DNA of 64,000 bases, from positions 45,904 through 109,903 of the forward strand of contig CAYNRR010000001.1 in assembly GCA_964400015.1 (NCBI GenBank). Direction: 5' to 3'. Positions 47,674-57,430 of the stretch are shown here, one piece after another (positions within the stretch are counted from its first letter, which is position 1; each line of letters starts with the position of its first letter). The notes under the pieces are model-generated. The model was given only the letters and a program-made list of their open reading frames with translations. It searched no databases and was not told the origin of the DNA. Made by a program: the position numbers and the translations under genes. Source of the DNA: an uncultured Eubacteriales bacterium (GTDB lineage Bacteria; Bacillota; Clostridia; TANB77; UBA1234).

Positions 47674-49140
47674 TTACATTTTTTCATCTACCCTATCTTC
47701 TTTTGGAATATAGTCTATCACTGGATTTGTTCCGTCAAATACAACTCTTTTTCCGTCTGTTGTTGTTGTGATTTCTGATGGGATTGGGACATTAGATAAC
47801 GATTCACAATAAATACTGAATCTAATATTTCCATCATCTAGTGGTCTTGCCTTATCTAGTACATATTCTACTGACCAAGTCTTATTATCTGTTGTTGTTA
47901 TTGTTGCATTTGATGAGTCTATCAGATGTGAACCTATATGTATTTCCAAGTTCGTAATTTGTCTATCTGCTGTGAAGTTTAAAGTAATTGTATCACCGTA
48001 TTTGGCAATATACTTATCATCATTTTTAGTTGGTGTTGGTAACGTCTTTTCCATCTTTACCACTGAAATTTGTGGATAAGCAAATGATATTATATCCGAA
48101 TTACACAAATCACATTTTTCATCACCATCTTCATCTATGTGATATTCTCTTGCAATAACATGACCACATAGCTCGTCTGCACAATATTTTTCATGCATAC
48201 TTTCAGATATTCTTCTATAAGTAACATCGTGTGATTCTACTTCTTCATGTAAACAAATTCTACAAGCTCGAATGTGAGTTGTTACTTTGTCTGCTTCTGA
48301 ATTAGGTAATTTAATAAATTCTTTACAACGTTCTTCATTATCGACACCTGCTAAGTTTCTTTTTGTGTATCCACAAACATTACAAGTTGATTTATGATAC
48401 CACTTTCCATCTTTCACTAGATGAATATATTCAAAAGTATGACGTTCATATCCACCTTGCATTCCACATACCTTACATACCTTGTTGTAGTGAGCATTTT
48501 CTTCATCACCAACAGCAAGTGCAGGTGCGTCTAGAGGATCATAAACGTGTCCTGTTGCTTCTGCATCAATGAATCCACAATCAGCACATTTTCTTGGCTC
48601 GGTACAAGTTGGATATAAATCATAGTCAACATATCTATGTGTATGTCCCAAAATAGGACCACCACCATTGTTTTCAAGCCCTGCAATTTCAGATGAATAC
48701 GCATTTATTAAGTATACCTTTGCTGTTTCATAATCTACTAATGCTACTTTTATTTCTTCTGTATAGCTTTGATCTACCGTTTCAAGATACCTTTCAGGTT
48801 CAACAACTCCTAATTCTCTAGCAGTCGTCGTATCTACAATATACCAAGTACCTTCTTCAAAATAAATTGTTTCCGATACTTTAGGTGCAAAAACTCTCTC
48901 AAAAATTACAGCATCCTTTATATAATAACCTAAATAAGGATACGATATTGAATTTATATTAGTGTCTTCTTGCCTACGTGCCACAGCTGTTGACATTACA
49001 CTTATAAATGATTCTTTATCTTTTGCCTTAGATTCTCGTATGTATTTCGTACCTGTGCCAATTGCCATCGAAGAAAGTAAAATTATACACACTATTGTAA
49101 CTATAAGAGAAATCATTGATATACCTTTTGAATCGTGCAT
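47674..49140 (-). CDS. Pilin-like N-terminally anchored protein with six Cys pairs and a C-terminal beta-rich domain
   Basis: The N-terminus MHDSKGISMISLIVTIVCIILL resembles a prepilin cleavage/methylation segment but lacks Glu at +5. The Cys pairs are CADCG, CKVCG, CNVCG, CRIC, CADELCG and CDLC, each with nearby His. RBS is GGAGTGA. Confidence 0.65.
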   Translation of the reverse strand: MHDSKGISMISLIVTIVCIILLSSMAIGTGTKYIRESKAKDKESFISVMSTAVARRQEDTNINSISYPYLGYYIKDAVIFERVFAPKVSETIYFEEGTWYIVDTTTARELGVVEPERYLETVDQSYTEEIKVALVDYETAKVYLINAYSSEIAGLENNGGGPILGHTHRYVDYDLYPTCTEPRKCADCGFIDAEATGHVYDPLDAPALAVGDEENAHYNKVCKVCGMQGGYERHTFEYIHLVKDGKWYHKSTCNVCGYTKRNLAGVDNEERCKEFIKLPNSEADKVTTHIRACRICLHEEVESHDVTYRRISESMHEKYCADELCGHVIAREYHIDEDGDEKCDLCNSDIISFAYPQISVVKMEKTLPTPTKNDDKYIAKYGDTITLNFTADRQITNLEIHIGSHLIDSSNATITTTDNKTWSVEYVLDKARPLDDGNIRFSIYCESLSNVPIPSEITTTTDGKRVVFDGTNPVIDYIPKEDRVDEKM

Positions 49141-49236
49141 AGTATCACTCCTATTTCTACATAATACTCCTATTTAATACTATTCTACTACATCCATTTA
49201 ACCTTTGCAATTACCAAAAACTAGAATTTCGCCAAC

Positions 49237-49268
49237 TTGACATAATATTGTAAAAATGTTACAATATT
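49237..49268 (+). promoter_or_regulatory. Sigma-A-type promoter of the helicase gene, overlapped by a 10-bp perfect inverted repeat (candidate operator)
   Basis: TTGACA (49237-49242), 17 nt, TACAAT (49260-49265). The IR is aatattgtaa (49244-49253) / ttacaatatt (49259-49268). Confidence 0.6.
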
Positions 49269-49333
49269 GTTGGACATTCTTTTATTTTACAGAATTTTTA
49301 TGCCATTTTTTATGGCAGAAGGGAGTTAACATC

Positions 49334-51496
49334 ATGAACACTAACCTAGTTGAACGGAACGAAACAAACAATTATCCCGTAAGCGCATTTAAAGAAGCAA
49401 TTTTGAAAATGGTAGATGAAAATCAAGTTTCCATTATTTCAGCAGAAACTGGCGCTGGTAAATCCACGCAGATTCCCCAGTATTTGCTTGAAGCCGGATA
49501 CGAAAGAGTGATTGTGACTGTTCCTTCGCGAACAGCTGCTGCCTCTCTTTGTGATCGGGTAGCATCTGAACTGAACAGTGAAGTCGGCGATTTGGTCGGT
49601 TTTCAGACAGGTTATGAAAAAGCCTTTTCTGAAAATAGCCGAATCCTCTACACAACTGAAGGTCTTGAACTCATGAAAGAACTTCATCAAAAGAATGATT
49701 ACGACAATCTCGTACTTATTCTTGATGAACTTCAGGAATGGAGTATCAACGTTGAAACGTTGGTAGCATGGATCTACAAGCGAATCAGAATTGGCTGGAA
49801 TATCAAAGTTGTTTTAATGTCTGCCACAATGGACGTAACTGGAATTAGCGAATTTTTCGGCAATATTCCTGTGCTGAGCATTCCTGGACATCTCTTTGAG
49901 ATTAAAGAATATGCACGCGGAAGTGCTGATTTCACAGATTCCATTTACGAACTCGCAAATCAAAAGCATAATGTGTTGGCATTTGTACCTGGAAAAAGAG
50001 AAATCGATCAAACCATTGCAGAACTCCAAGCAAGAAATTTGGATGCAGCTCTTCTTCGCTTACATGGCGACCTGCCTCTTAGTGAGCAGCAAGTCGTGTT
50101 TAGAGAAACATCCCAGACAAAAGTTATCGTAGCAACCAATATTGCTCAAACCAGTATTACCATCCCTGACATTGATGCAGTTGTTGACTCTGGTCTTGAG
50201 CGACATATGGAAAACATTGATGGGCTCGACACTTTGACTATTGGTCAGATTAGCAAATCTGATCAGATTCAGCGTAAAGGTCGTGCTGGTCGTACCAAAC
50301 CCGGTATTTATATTTGGTGTAATGATACTTCTCTCGATGAGTTGAAGCTTTATCCTACGCCCGACATTTATACTGGTAGTATCCATCAAATCGTTTTGAA
50401 GCTCGCTTCTATTGATCTGGATGCATCCGAAGTAGAATTCTTCCATCAGCCTCCTCGTGAAAAGATTTTGGCAGCTCAGAAAACTCTTCGCACCCTTGGT
50501 GCTTTCGACGAAGAAAACAAGATTACCGATTGTGGTAGAGTTATGGCCCAGTTGCCCATCTCTGTCCGGTATGCTCGTATGATTGTCGAGGCTCATAAAC
50601 GCGACGTTCTTTCTGACGTAGTCACCATCGCAAGTCTGGCTGAATTTGGTGGCATTAAAACATCCAATGTTTCCTATGCAAATTTTTCTTCTGAAATGAA
50701 GTCTGATTTGCTGGCTGAACTTGACTGTTTTTATACCGTCAAACGTAAACTTATCAATGGTGAGCCTAAGCCGTTTGAAGGAGTACTCGAACGCAATTAC
50801 TATCGTGCAAATGAACTGCGTGCAAAAATTGCAGATATTCTTTTCAATATCTATGGTGAAGTTTCGACTTCTGGCAACCGAGCTGAAATCAGAAAAGCTT
50901 GTGCCGCTGGATTAGTTGAATTCCTCTATGAACGGCAAACAAATGGCTGGTATTCTAATCCCAACGATTCTTTTAAGCGTAAGCTCAATCTGTATTCTGC
51001 AACATTGCCTAGCAAGTTTCTTTTGGGATTACCCAAAAACATTTCTCTTGCATACAAAGGAAACAGTGGCAACCAAATGCTGTATCTGATTTCTTATGCA
51101 GTTATGGTAGACATTCCTATGCTTGAAGATGTGGCACCTCACCTCATTCATACCGAAATCAGAAATGAATTCAAATATGATACGAATGAGTATGTAATTC
51201 GAACCGTCACGCTATTTGGAGAGGCTGAAATCTCTTCTTTTGAACGCAAGTTAAACGATACTGAAGAAAAGCGTAATGTGCTTTCTACTTGGCTCGCCGA
51301 TCTTACATTCGACGAAGAATATTTTATCAAATATGATTTGGATAAATCTCTTTCCAAAATTATTGATAGAAACCACGGTACGTTTGATACGTTTGAAGAA
51401 GCCAAAGAATTTTATGCTCAGCAGCTCCGTGAATTTTCTAAAAATTCGCTCCCCAATTTGAAAAAGTGTAAAAGCCTTTCTTTTCTTTTGCACTAA
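49334..51496 (+). CDS. DEAH/RHA-family ATP-dependent helicase (HrpA/HrpB-like) with HA2-like C-terminal region
   Basis: Motif I AETGAGKSTQIPQ, motif II LILDELQEW (DELQ instead of DEAH), SATMD, TNIAQTSITIPDIDAVVDSG and QRKGRAGRTKPG. The start was moved to MNTNLVE, after GAAGGGAG. Higher G+C. Confidence 0.85.
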   Translation: MNTNLVERNETNNYPVSAFKEAILKMVDENQVSIISAETGAGKSTQIPQYLLEAGYERVIVTVPSRTAAASLCDRVASELNSEVGDLVGFQTGYEKAFSENSRILYTTEGLELMKELHQKNDYDNLVLILDELQEWSINVETLVAWIYKRIRIGWNIKVVLMSATMDVTGISEFFGNIPVLSIPGHLFEIKEYARGSADFTDSIYELANQKHNVLAFVPGKREIDQTIAELQARNLDAALLRLHGDLPLSEQQVVFRETSQTKVIVATNIAQTSITIPDIDAVVDSGLERHMENIDGLDTLTIGQISKSDQIQRKGRAGRTKPGIYIWCNDTSLDELKLYPTPDIYTGSIHQIVLKLASIDLDASEVEFFHQPPREKILAAQKTLRTLGAFDEENKITDCGRVMAQLPISVRYARMIVEAHKRDVLSDVVTIASLAEFGGIKTSNVSYANFSSEMKSDLLAELDCFYTVKRKLINGEPKPFEGVLERNYYRANELRAKIADILFNIYGEVSTSGNRAEIRKACAAGLVEFLYERQTNGWYSNPNDSFKRKLNLYSATLPSKFLLGLPKNISLAYKGNSGNQMLYLISYAVMVDIPMLEDVAPHLIHTEIRNEFKYDTNEYVIRTVTLFGEAEISSFERKLNDTEEKRNVLSTWLADLTFDEEYFIKYDLDKSLSKIIDRNHGTFDTFEEAKEFYAQQLREFSKNSLPNLKKCKSLSFLLH

Positions 51497-51523
51497 GTAA
51501 CTTGTGGATTATCTTATCCATTT

Positions 51524-51562
51524 AAAAAAGGTCACAGCCCATAAAGCTGTGACCTTTTTTTA
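51524..51562. terminator. Bidirectional terminator
   Basis: Stem aggtcacagc / gctgtgacct, flanked by an A-run and a T-run. Confidence 0.85.
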
Positions 51563-52087
51563 TTTGATTACTTCTACATTAAAACTTTTAGCATAGCTAC
51601 AATCACGAGTAAATCTTCCTTGAATGTTGCTTTCACCACGAGCATTTAACGTACTAGTCATCATTTCTGCTACATAAATAAGCATCCCATCATCATCCAT
51701 AAAACTAATTTTTAAATTTATGCCTTCTGGATAATTAGTATCCGAATTATTTACTACATTTGCTCTGAACTCTGTAAGTCCATCGACATATTTCAAAGAA
51801 ATATTAGTAAAGTCTATAAAATCAAAAGATATTTTCTCTTGGTTGATAGCCTCACTAACATTTATTTTATTTCCATTTTCATCTATTTCAGTATTTTTCT
51901 CCAAATCTGGATAATCATTTATAAGTGGCAAATTTTCATTTATATAGTCAACATTATCACCACTGCCATTATTAAATTGGATATCATTATCGCTTTCCTT
52001 TTTACTGCATCCTACACATATCGTTGCAACTATTAAAATTGCAATTAGAGCAAATGCAACGATTACCGAATAATTTTTTTTCTTCAT
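51560..52087 (-). CDS. Hypothetical lipoprotein (175 aa)
   Basis: Signal peptide with lipobox-like CVGCS. RBS AAGGGGGA. Confidence 0.6.
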   Translation of the reverse strand: MKKKNYSVIVAFALIAILIVATICVGCSKKESDNDIQFNNGSGDNVDYINENLPLINDYPDLEKNTEIDENGNKINVSEAINQEKISFDFIDFTNISLKYVDGLTEFRANVVNNSDTNYPEGINLKISFMDDDGMLIYVAEMMTSTLNARGESNIQGRFTRDCSYAKSFNVEVIK

Positions 52088-52125
52088 ACCAATTCCCCCT
52101 TAAAAATATATTACAACACGAAAAA

Positions 52126-53874
52126 CTACATTTCAATTTCATTATAATCAATTTTTAATTTTTCTAAAATTCTTTTTTCTCTATCGCTACATGTCATTAT
52201 AAAAATCTGTGTAGTTTTAGATTTATCATTTAGTACATTTAAAATATTTTCTAGTCTTTCATCATCATAATACGCAAATGTTTCATCAAGAAAAATTGGT
52301 GCATTAGATATTTTATCAGCAATCGCAAAACGAAATCCCAAATACATTTGGTCTATCGTACCCATGCTAAGCTTGTCGATTGTAATAGTTTCTCCAACAG
52401 TATTTTCTACTAACAATCCAATTCTGTCATTATATATAACATTCAAATAATTGCCATTTGTACTATTAGCAATATTGTTTTTAATGCTTTCTTCAATGTG
52501 AGGAACAATATCTGCCTTTAATTCTTCATATGCTTCATCAAGTTTATCCTTTGCTAAGTTTATTGAAAATTCAAGTTTTCTTATATTTTCTTCTTTTTCA
52601 TACAAATCTGAAAGTTGTTCTTCAACATCGTTTAGCTTGCCCATATGTTCACTAATCGCGTCATTTTCAATAACAAGTTTATGTTCTTCTAGTTTTAAAT
52701 TGTTTTTATCTTTTTCAATTTCAGAAATTAAATTTTTCACATCTTGTAACTTTTTCTCTGTAAGTTTTTCACTTATCCCCGACTTGTTAAGCATTTCTAA
52801 TTCTTTGTTTTCCTTACGTTTCAAATTTTCCTTAATAACATCTAAATTAGGTGGTTCATTTAAGGTAATTTCCATCGAAAAGAATTTATTTATAAGCAAA
52901 GTCGAAACGACAATGGCACCAGCAGGAATAAACGCAAAAAGTTGTAAATTAAAATAAATCAATATTACAGAAATAATCGCAAGAACAGCTGTAACTAAAA
53001 TAATCAAGGAATATTTAGCTTTTTGTTGAACATCAGCCTTTTCTTTCTTCTCCTTTTCATACAACTTTAATGAAATTTCATATTCTTTTTCACGGTCGCT
53101 AATAAGTTTTGAATATCTATCTTTAACCTCATATACTTTTTTTACGTTTTCATGTTCTTTCTCTAATTTTAAAATTTTATCAGCTATTATCTTTTGATTT
53201 TCTGCAATCTTCTCTTTCTTATATTTATTAGAAATTAAACTTTCTTTCATTCGCTCAACAGTTTCAATTTCTCTAGTTACAACGTTTAGTGGTTTATTAT
53301 GCGTTCTCTCAGTTCCAACCTCATCTAACAAAATCTTATGAAGTTTCTGCTTAGCTTTATCATACGAAACAGATTCATCTCCACTTTGAATTATATTAGT
53401 TATTTTTTGAAGCACACTTTTTCGTTCATCGCTATCAACAACCGTATTACCTTGAGTAATAAAAACAGAATTAAAAAAAGTTTCCTCATCTACCCCTAAA
53501 TGAGTATATCCAAGTTCAACGCCACGCGATTTATCTTTATTAAAAAGTGCTGTAATCTCATTTCCTTCTTCGTCAAAAACCTTTGAATTATTTCTATTAA
53601 AATCTCTATATGCCAAATATTTTTTGCCATCATGTACATATTCAATTTTTCCACTAAAATCATTATTCTTCCAAGGTTTAAAACGTTCAACTTCTGAGAA
53701 AGCATTTCCAGATTTGTTTTTATTAACACCATAAAACATTGACTTAATAAAATGAACAGTCGTCGATTTTCCTGATTCATTAGTTCCATGAATAAGATTT
53801 ATACCGTCAGAAAAATCCATCGTCTTATTTGCAACATTGCCAAAACCATTGATTTGAATTTTATTGATTTTCAT
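52126..53874 (-). CDS. Rad50/SbcC-like (YhaN-type) AAA ATPase with a central TM hairpin
   Basis: The N-terminal Walker A is GTNESGKST, in a MKINKIQINGFGN context. Coiled coils. The signature-like motif is LSMGTIDQ and the Walker B is IFLDETFAYYD. A hydrophobic stretch of about 45 aa (YSLIILVTAVLAIISVILIYFNLQLFAFIPAGAIVVSTLLINKFF) sits mid-protein. Confidence 0.75.
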   Translation of the reverse strand: MKINKIQINGFGNVANKTMDFSDGINLIHGTNESGKSTTVHFIKSMFYGVNKNKSGNAFSEVERFKPWKNNDFSGKIEYVHDGKKYLAYRDFNRNNSKVFDEEGNEITALFNKDKSRGVELGYTHLGVDEETFFNSVFITQGNTVVDSDERKSVLQKITNIIQSGDESVSYDKAKQKLHKILLDEVGTERTHNKPLNVVTREIETVERMKESLISNKYKKEKIAENQKIIADKILKLEKEHENVKKVYEVKDRYSKLISDREKEYEISLKLYEKEKKEKADVQQKAKYSLIILVTAVLAIISVILIYFNLQLFAFIPAGAIVVSTLLINKFFSMEITLNEPPNLDVIKENLKRKENKELEMLNKSGISEKLTEKKLQDVKNLISEIEKDKNNLKLEEHKLVIENDAISEHMGKLNDVEEQLSDLYEKEENIRKLEFSINLAKDKLDEAYEELKADIVPHIEESIKNNIANSTNGNYLNVIYNDRIGLLVENTVGETITIDKLSMGTIDQMYLGFRFAIADKISNAPIFLDETFAYYDDERLENILNVLNDKSKTTQIFIMTCSDREKRILEKLKIDYNEIEM

Positions 53875-53929
53875 ATATTCTTCAATTTCTCCTTCCTTAA
53901 TGCTAAATAAAAATCGTACCTAATAATTA

Positions 53930-54967
53930 CTAAAATGCATTATATGTAATCTCAATTGCTTTCATAATTTCATCCTTTTGAGATGGATTTTTTTCAAGTT
54001 CTTCAAGCATCTTACGAGTAAAAATACCTTTCAACGTTTGTTGCTTTGCAATCTCATCAAAATTATATGGTAAATGTGTTTCATCTTTAAAATCAGTAAT
54101 ACTTCCACTTCTCGATTTTAAAAGTTCAATTAAATCTTTAACATCCACATTTCTTGCACCTTTAAATGTTATACGATAGATATCATCTTTTAAATCTACT
54201 TTATCAAAAATATCTATTGAAGTTTTTATATCAGAAACATCAATTTCTAAATCTACAAAATGTCTATATTCCATATTTTTAAATTCATATTTTGCAATAC
54301 CATTTTCAATATTACCTACAACCATTCCATGCTCACCACATTCATCAAAGCCACAAGAAACAAGAGTGCCCGAATAAATGATTTTTTCATTGAAGGTAGG
54401 AAGATGTATGTGTCCAAGAGCCACATAGTCAAATTGGCTCAAATACTTTGAATTTATATCATTATATTTATTACTTACACCATTTAATGTACCATGTGTA
54501 ACTAAAATATTAGTTTTCTCAACGTTATCAACTTTAAAAGTTTCAAAATCATTTTCAGCGACTTCAAAATTTTCAAAACCCATACCGTAAATATCAACCT
54601 CATCATTCAAAGAAAACTTCTCAATTTTCTCACCAAAAATTTTCACATTACTTGGCCATTCGTAATTCATGTACGGAGAATTCTTTAGCAATGGATCATG
54701 ATTTCCTGGTGTAATAAATACTTTTGTATCTGGTATAATTTCTAAAGAGTTAATAATAAATTCAACTGTACTTTTTTCAACAAACTTGTGCTCAAACAAA
54801 TCACCAGCTATAAAAAGTACATCTATTTTTTCAGTTTTAATAAACTTTATAACATCTTTAAAAACCTGCTTTTGCTCGTTTCTTCTTGCTTTTATAAGCT
54901 CACGATTATTTTTCAAAGAAACAAGTGGTGTATCTAAATGTAAATCTGCTATATGAACAAATTTCAT
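53930..54967 (-). CDS. SbcD/Mre11-like (YhaO-type) metallophosphoesterase nuclease
   Basis: MKFVHIADLHLD, plus GDLFE, GNHD and GHIH motifs. The start was moved to the ATG at 54967, after AAAGGAGAG. Confidence 0.85.
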   Translation of the reverse strand: MKFVHIADLHLDTPLVSLKNNRELIKARRNEQKQVFKDVIKFIKTEKIDVLFIAGDLFEHKFVEKSTVEFIINSLEIIPDTKVFITPGNHDPLLKNSPYMNYEWPSNVKIFGEKIEKFSLNDEVDIYGMGFENFEVAENDFETFKVDNVEKTNILVTHGTLNGVSNKYNDINSKYLSQFDYVALGHIHLPTFNEKIIYSGTLVSCGFDECGEHGMVVGNIENGIAKYEFKNMEYRHFVDLEIDVSDIKTSIDIFDKVDLKDDIYRITFKGARNVDVKDLIELLKSRSGSITDFKDETHLPYNFDEIAKQQTLKGIFTRKMLEELEKNPSQKDEIMKAIEITYNAF

Positions 54968-55074
54968 AGTCGCTCTCCTTTCAAAAGTTATATCTCTTAA
55001 TGTAAAAAATATTATAACATAAAAAAAGATAAGCGAATAGAAATTTATCACTTATCTTCTCATTTAAAATTTAT

Positions 55075-57213
55075 TTAATTAGTACTAGAATTTTTAGATG
55101 CTGGGCCAAACAATTCATCAAACTTCTTTTCTAGCTCAGCTTGCAAATCATAAACATCTGATGCACCATTACCTTTAATAATTGCACTTTGATCTATATT
55201 GCCATTGCTATTAAAATTGCTATTAACATTATTATTACTATAGTTATCAATTATTATATCTTTATCTATTTTTACTTCTTGTACTTTAGATACTTGAGGA
55301 ACTTCATTTTTTGCTTTCACTAAATTTGAAGTATCAATATCAAATTCATCAAATGTATTTTTAGGCTTCTTTATTGGATCTGCAAAAGGATTTGATGATG
55401 CCATAGGTGGAGCCTGTGTTTTTGAAGGCGAAGGTCCAAATATATCATCAAGATTTTGCAATTCATATGGATTAGTAATTTTGTAATATCCTCTCTGTGG
55501 AGCACCTATATCTCTATGATTTTCTTGAAGTTTAGAAGCTTCAGGCCATAAAGGATGCATTCTAAAATAAAAATACTTTTGTGCTTTAATTGGTTTCATA
55601 GCTTGAAGTAAAATAATACAAGTATTACTATCCATTCTTCTAAGTTCATCCGGTGTCATAAGTGCTCTTGCCATAATTTGATCTGAATAGCTACGACCAC
55701 TAAATTCCGAATTTTTATCTGTACTTCTTGAAACACTATCACGTGATATTGTTTTTTCACCAAGTTGTTTTGAAAACGTTTCCAAAGTTTTTTGAGCGTT
55801 ACTTCCTAAGAACAAGTGAGTACTACAGTTAGCCATAATATTTTCAGTAACTTTTTCATCATATATCGCAATCAACTGATCTATACTTTGTAAAATTATA
55901 CTGATGTTAATTCTATATGATCTACAAGTACTCAAAATTTGTTCAAATCTTGGTATTCTACCAATGTTGGCAAACTCATCCAAAATCAAAAACAATGGAG
56001 TTGGAAGTTTACCACCATTCGTATCTGCATAATCATACAATCTATCTAACATCTGAGAGAAGAATACATTCATTATAAAATTGTATGTATCATTTGTCGC
56101 AGGTGTTATGAAATATAAAACTGATTTTCTATCAACTAAATCTGAAAACTCAATTGTATTCGTACTTGTCATTGCTGCAATATCTGGAGAATCAAACGCT
56201 TCAAGTTTAGCAGCAAGAGAAATCAAAATATTTGCAAAAGTTTTATCCGAACCTAAACGTATAGTTTCAAAACATTTTCTTGCAGGATTATCAAATGGAA
56301 GATCCATAAATAAATTTCTTAAATCATCACCATCATTTTCTCCACCAAGTCTAACTAATGCCAAACAGCTAGCAAGTGAATGCTCCTCTTTTGGTCTGTT
56401 ATATAAAATATAATAAAGAACAGCTTTTAAAAGTGCCTCTGAAGTTTGATCCCAAAACGGATCACTTGATTTTTTACTTCCACCACCATCTTTATTAGAA
56501 ATAATTTTAGCAATTGTATCAACATCAAGAGCTTCATGTGTTGGTCTAATGTGTGAAAGTGGATTATATCCATCACTACATTTTGGATCAACCAAGTTAA
56601 TTACGTGTACATCATATCCTTGTTTTCTATAAAAACCTGCTGTACGGTCGTAGAGTTCTCCTTTCGGATCAGTAAAAACGTATGAACCCAAAAGTTGAAG
56701 TGCATTAGGAATAACGAACGAAGCAGACTTACCAGCACCAGATCCACCTATAACAAGCATATTACCATTCTTACCACTAGGTGCTTCAGGATTAACAGGG
56801 AAATAATATTTATCCGCTAATATAATACCTTGTTTTGGATTTAAAACAGTATACGCTTCACTTGGTTTACACCAATCTGCTGAACCATGTTCAATTGATT
56901 CATATTCTTTTTTATTACTCATTTTATAAAGGAAATACATTACAAATACTAAATATATTATTGCAAAGATTTTTAATGAGTCTATATAATAACTAAATTT
57001 CAAAGTTAATGCCACTTTCAAGTTTTTAAAAACTTGTGTTACAACTTGTGGAAATAATGTAATTACACTACCAACACCGAATTCACTAGCCTCGCCTAAA
57101 GAAGCTTCATACGACGCACGTGCAAATGCTGGCACGAAAAATAGGGCTAGCATGATACCTACTACCCCTAATATAATTATCGGTTTTTTAACTTTCTCCC
57201 ACCAATCTTTCAT
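55075..57213 (-). CDS. VirD4/TraG-family type IV secretion coupling protein
   Basis: N-terminal TM helices. Walker A VIGGSGAGKSASFVIPN, then TDPKGEL, and Walker B LFLILDEFANIGRIP. The C-terminal tail is low-complexity and Asn/Ser-rich. The start at 57213 follows AAAGGAGG. Confidence 0.85.
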   Translation of the reverse strand: MKDWWEKVKKPIIILGVVGIMLALFFVPAFARASYEASLGEASEFGVGSVITLFPQVVTQVFKNLKVALTLKFSYYIDSLKIFAIIYLVFVMYFLYKMSNKKEYESIEHGSADWCKPSEAYTVLNPKQGIILADKYYFPVNPEAPSGKNGNMLVIGGSGAGKSASFVIPNALQLLGSYVFTDPKGELYDRTAGFYRKQGYDVHVINLVDPKCSDGYNPLSHIRPTHEALDVDTIAKIISNKDGGGSKKSSDPFWDQTSEALLKAVLYYILYNRPKEEHSLASCLALVRLGGENDGDDLRNLFMDLPFDNPARKCFETIRLGSDKTFANILISLAAKLEAFDSPDIAAMTSTNTIEFSDLVDRKSVLYFITPATNDTYNFIMNVFFSQMLDRLYDYADTNGGKLPTPLFLILDEFANIGRIPRFEQILSTCRSYRINISIILQSIDQLIAIYDEKVTENIMANCSTHLFLGSNAQKTLETFSKQLGEKTISRDSVSRSTDKNSEFSGRSYSDQIMARALMTPDELRRMDSNTCIILLQAMKPIKAQKYFYFRMHPLWPEASKLQENHRDIGAPQRGYYKITNPYELQNLDDIFGPSPSKTQAPPMASSNPFADPIKKPKNTFDEFDIDTSNLVKAKNEVPQVSKVQEVKIDKDIIIDNYSNNNVNSNFNSNGNIDQSAIIKGNGASDVYDLQAELEKKFDELFGPASKNSSTN

Positions 57214-57249
57214 GGTTTTCCTCCTTTGTACTACATGCAATTTCTAAAT

Positions 57250-57405
57250 CTAGATTTCGTCCATGTCTATATCTTTTTCAAGACCTTTTTCTGGGCTTTT
57301 ATATATGTTTCCTTTTCCAACATATTCTAAATTTTCTCCCCATAAAATTTCAGCTTTTTCTCTGTCGATGTCTTTACCAACTGTATGTACTTTATATTTT
57401 CTCAT
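57250..57405 (-). CDS. Small hypothetical protein (51 aa): MRKYKVHTVGKDIDREKAEILWGENLEYVGKGNIYKSPEKGLEKDIDMDEI
   Basis: Not in the ORF track. The ATG lies 6 nt after GGAGGG. It ends 36 nt upstream of the VirD4 start. Confidence 0.5.
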   Translation of the reverse strand: MRKYKVHTVGKDIDREKAEILWGENLEYVGKGNIYKSPEKGLEKDIDMDEI

Positions 57406-57430
57406 AAAAAACCCTCCTAACAAAATAAAT

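Noticed and set aside
49256-49333. N-terminal extensions of tracked ORFs (49256, 30850, 55051, 57240, 61689, 41777, 22946, 16634, 38132)
   Set aside because: In each case an internal ATG has a well-spaced Shine-Dalgarno sequence and gives a canonical N-terminus, for example MKFVHIADLHLD, a signal peptide, or MNTNLVE. The upstream extension is hydrophobic junk or lacks an RBS.
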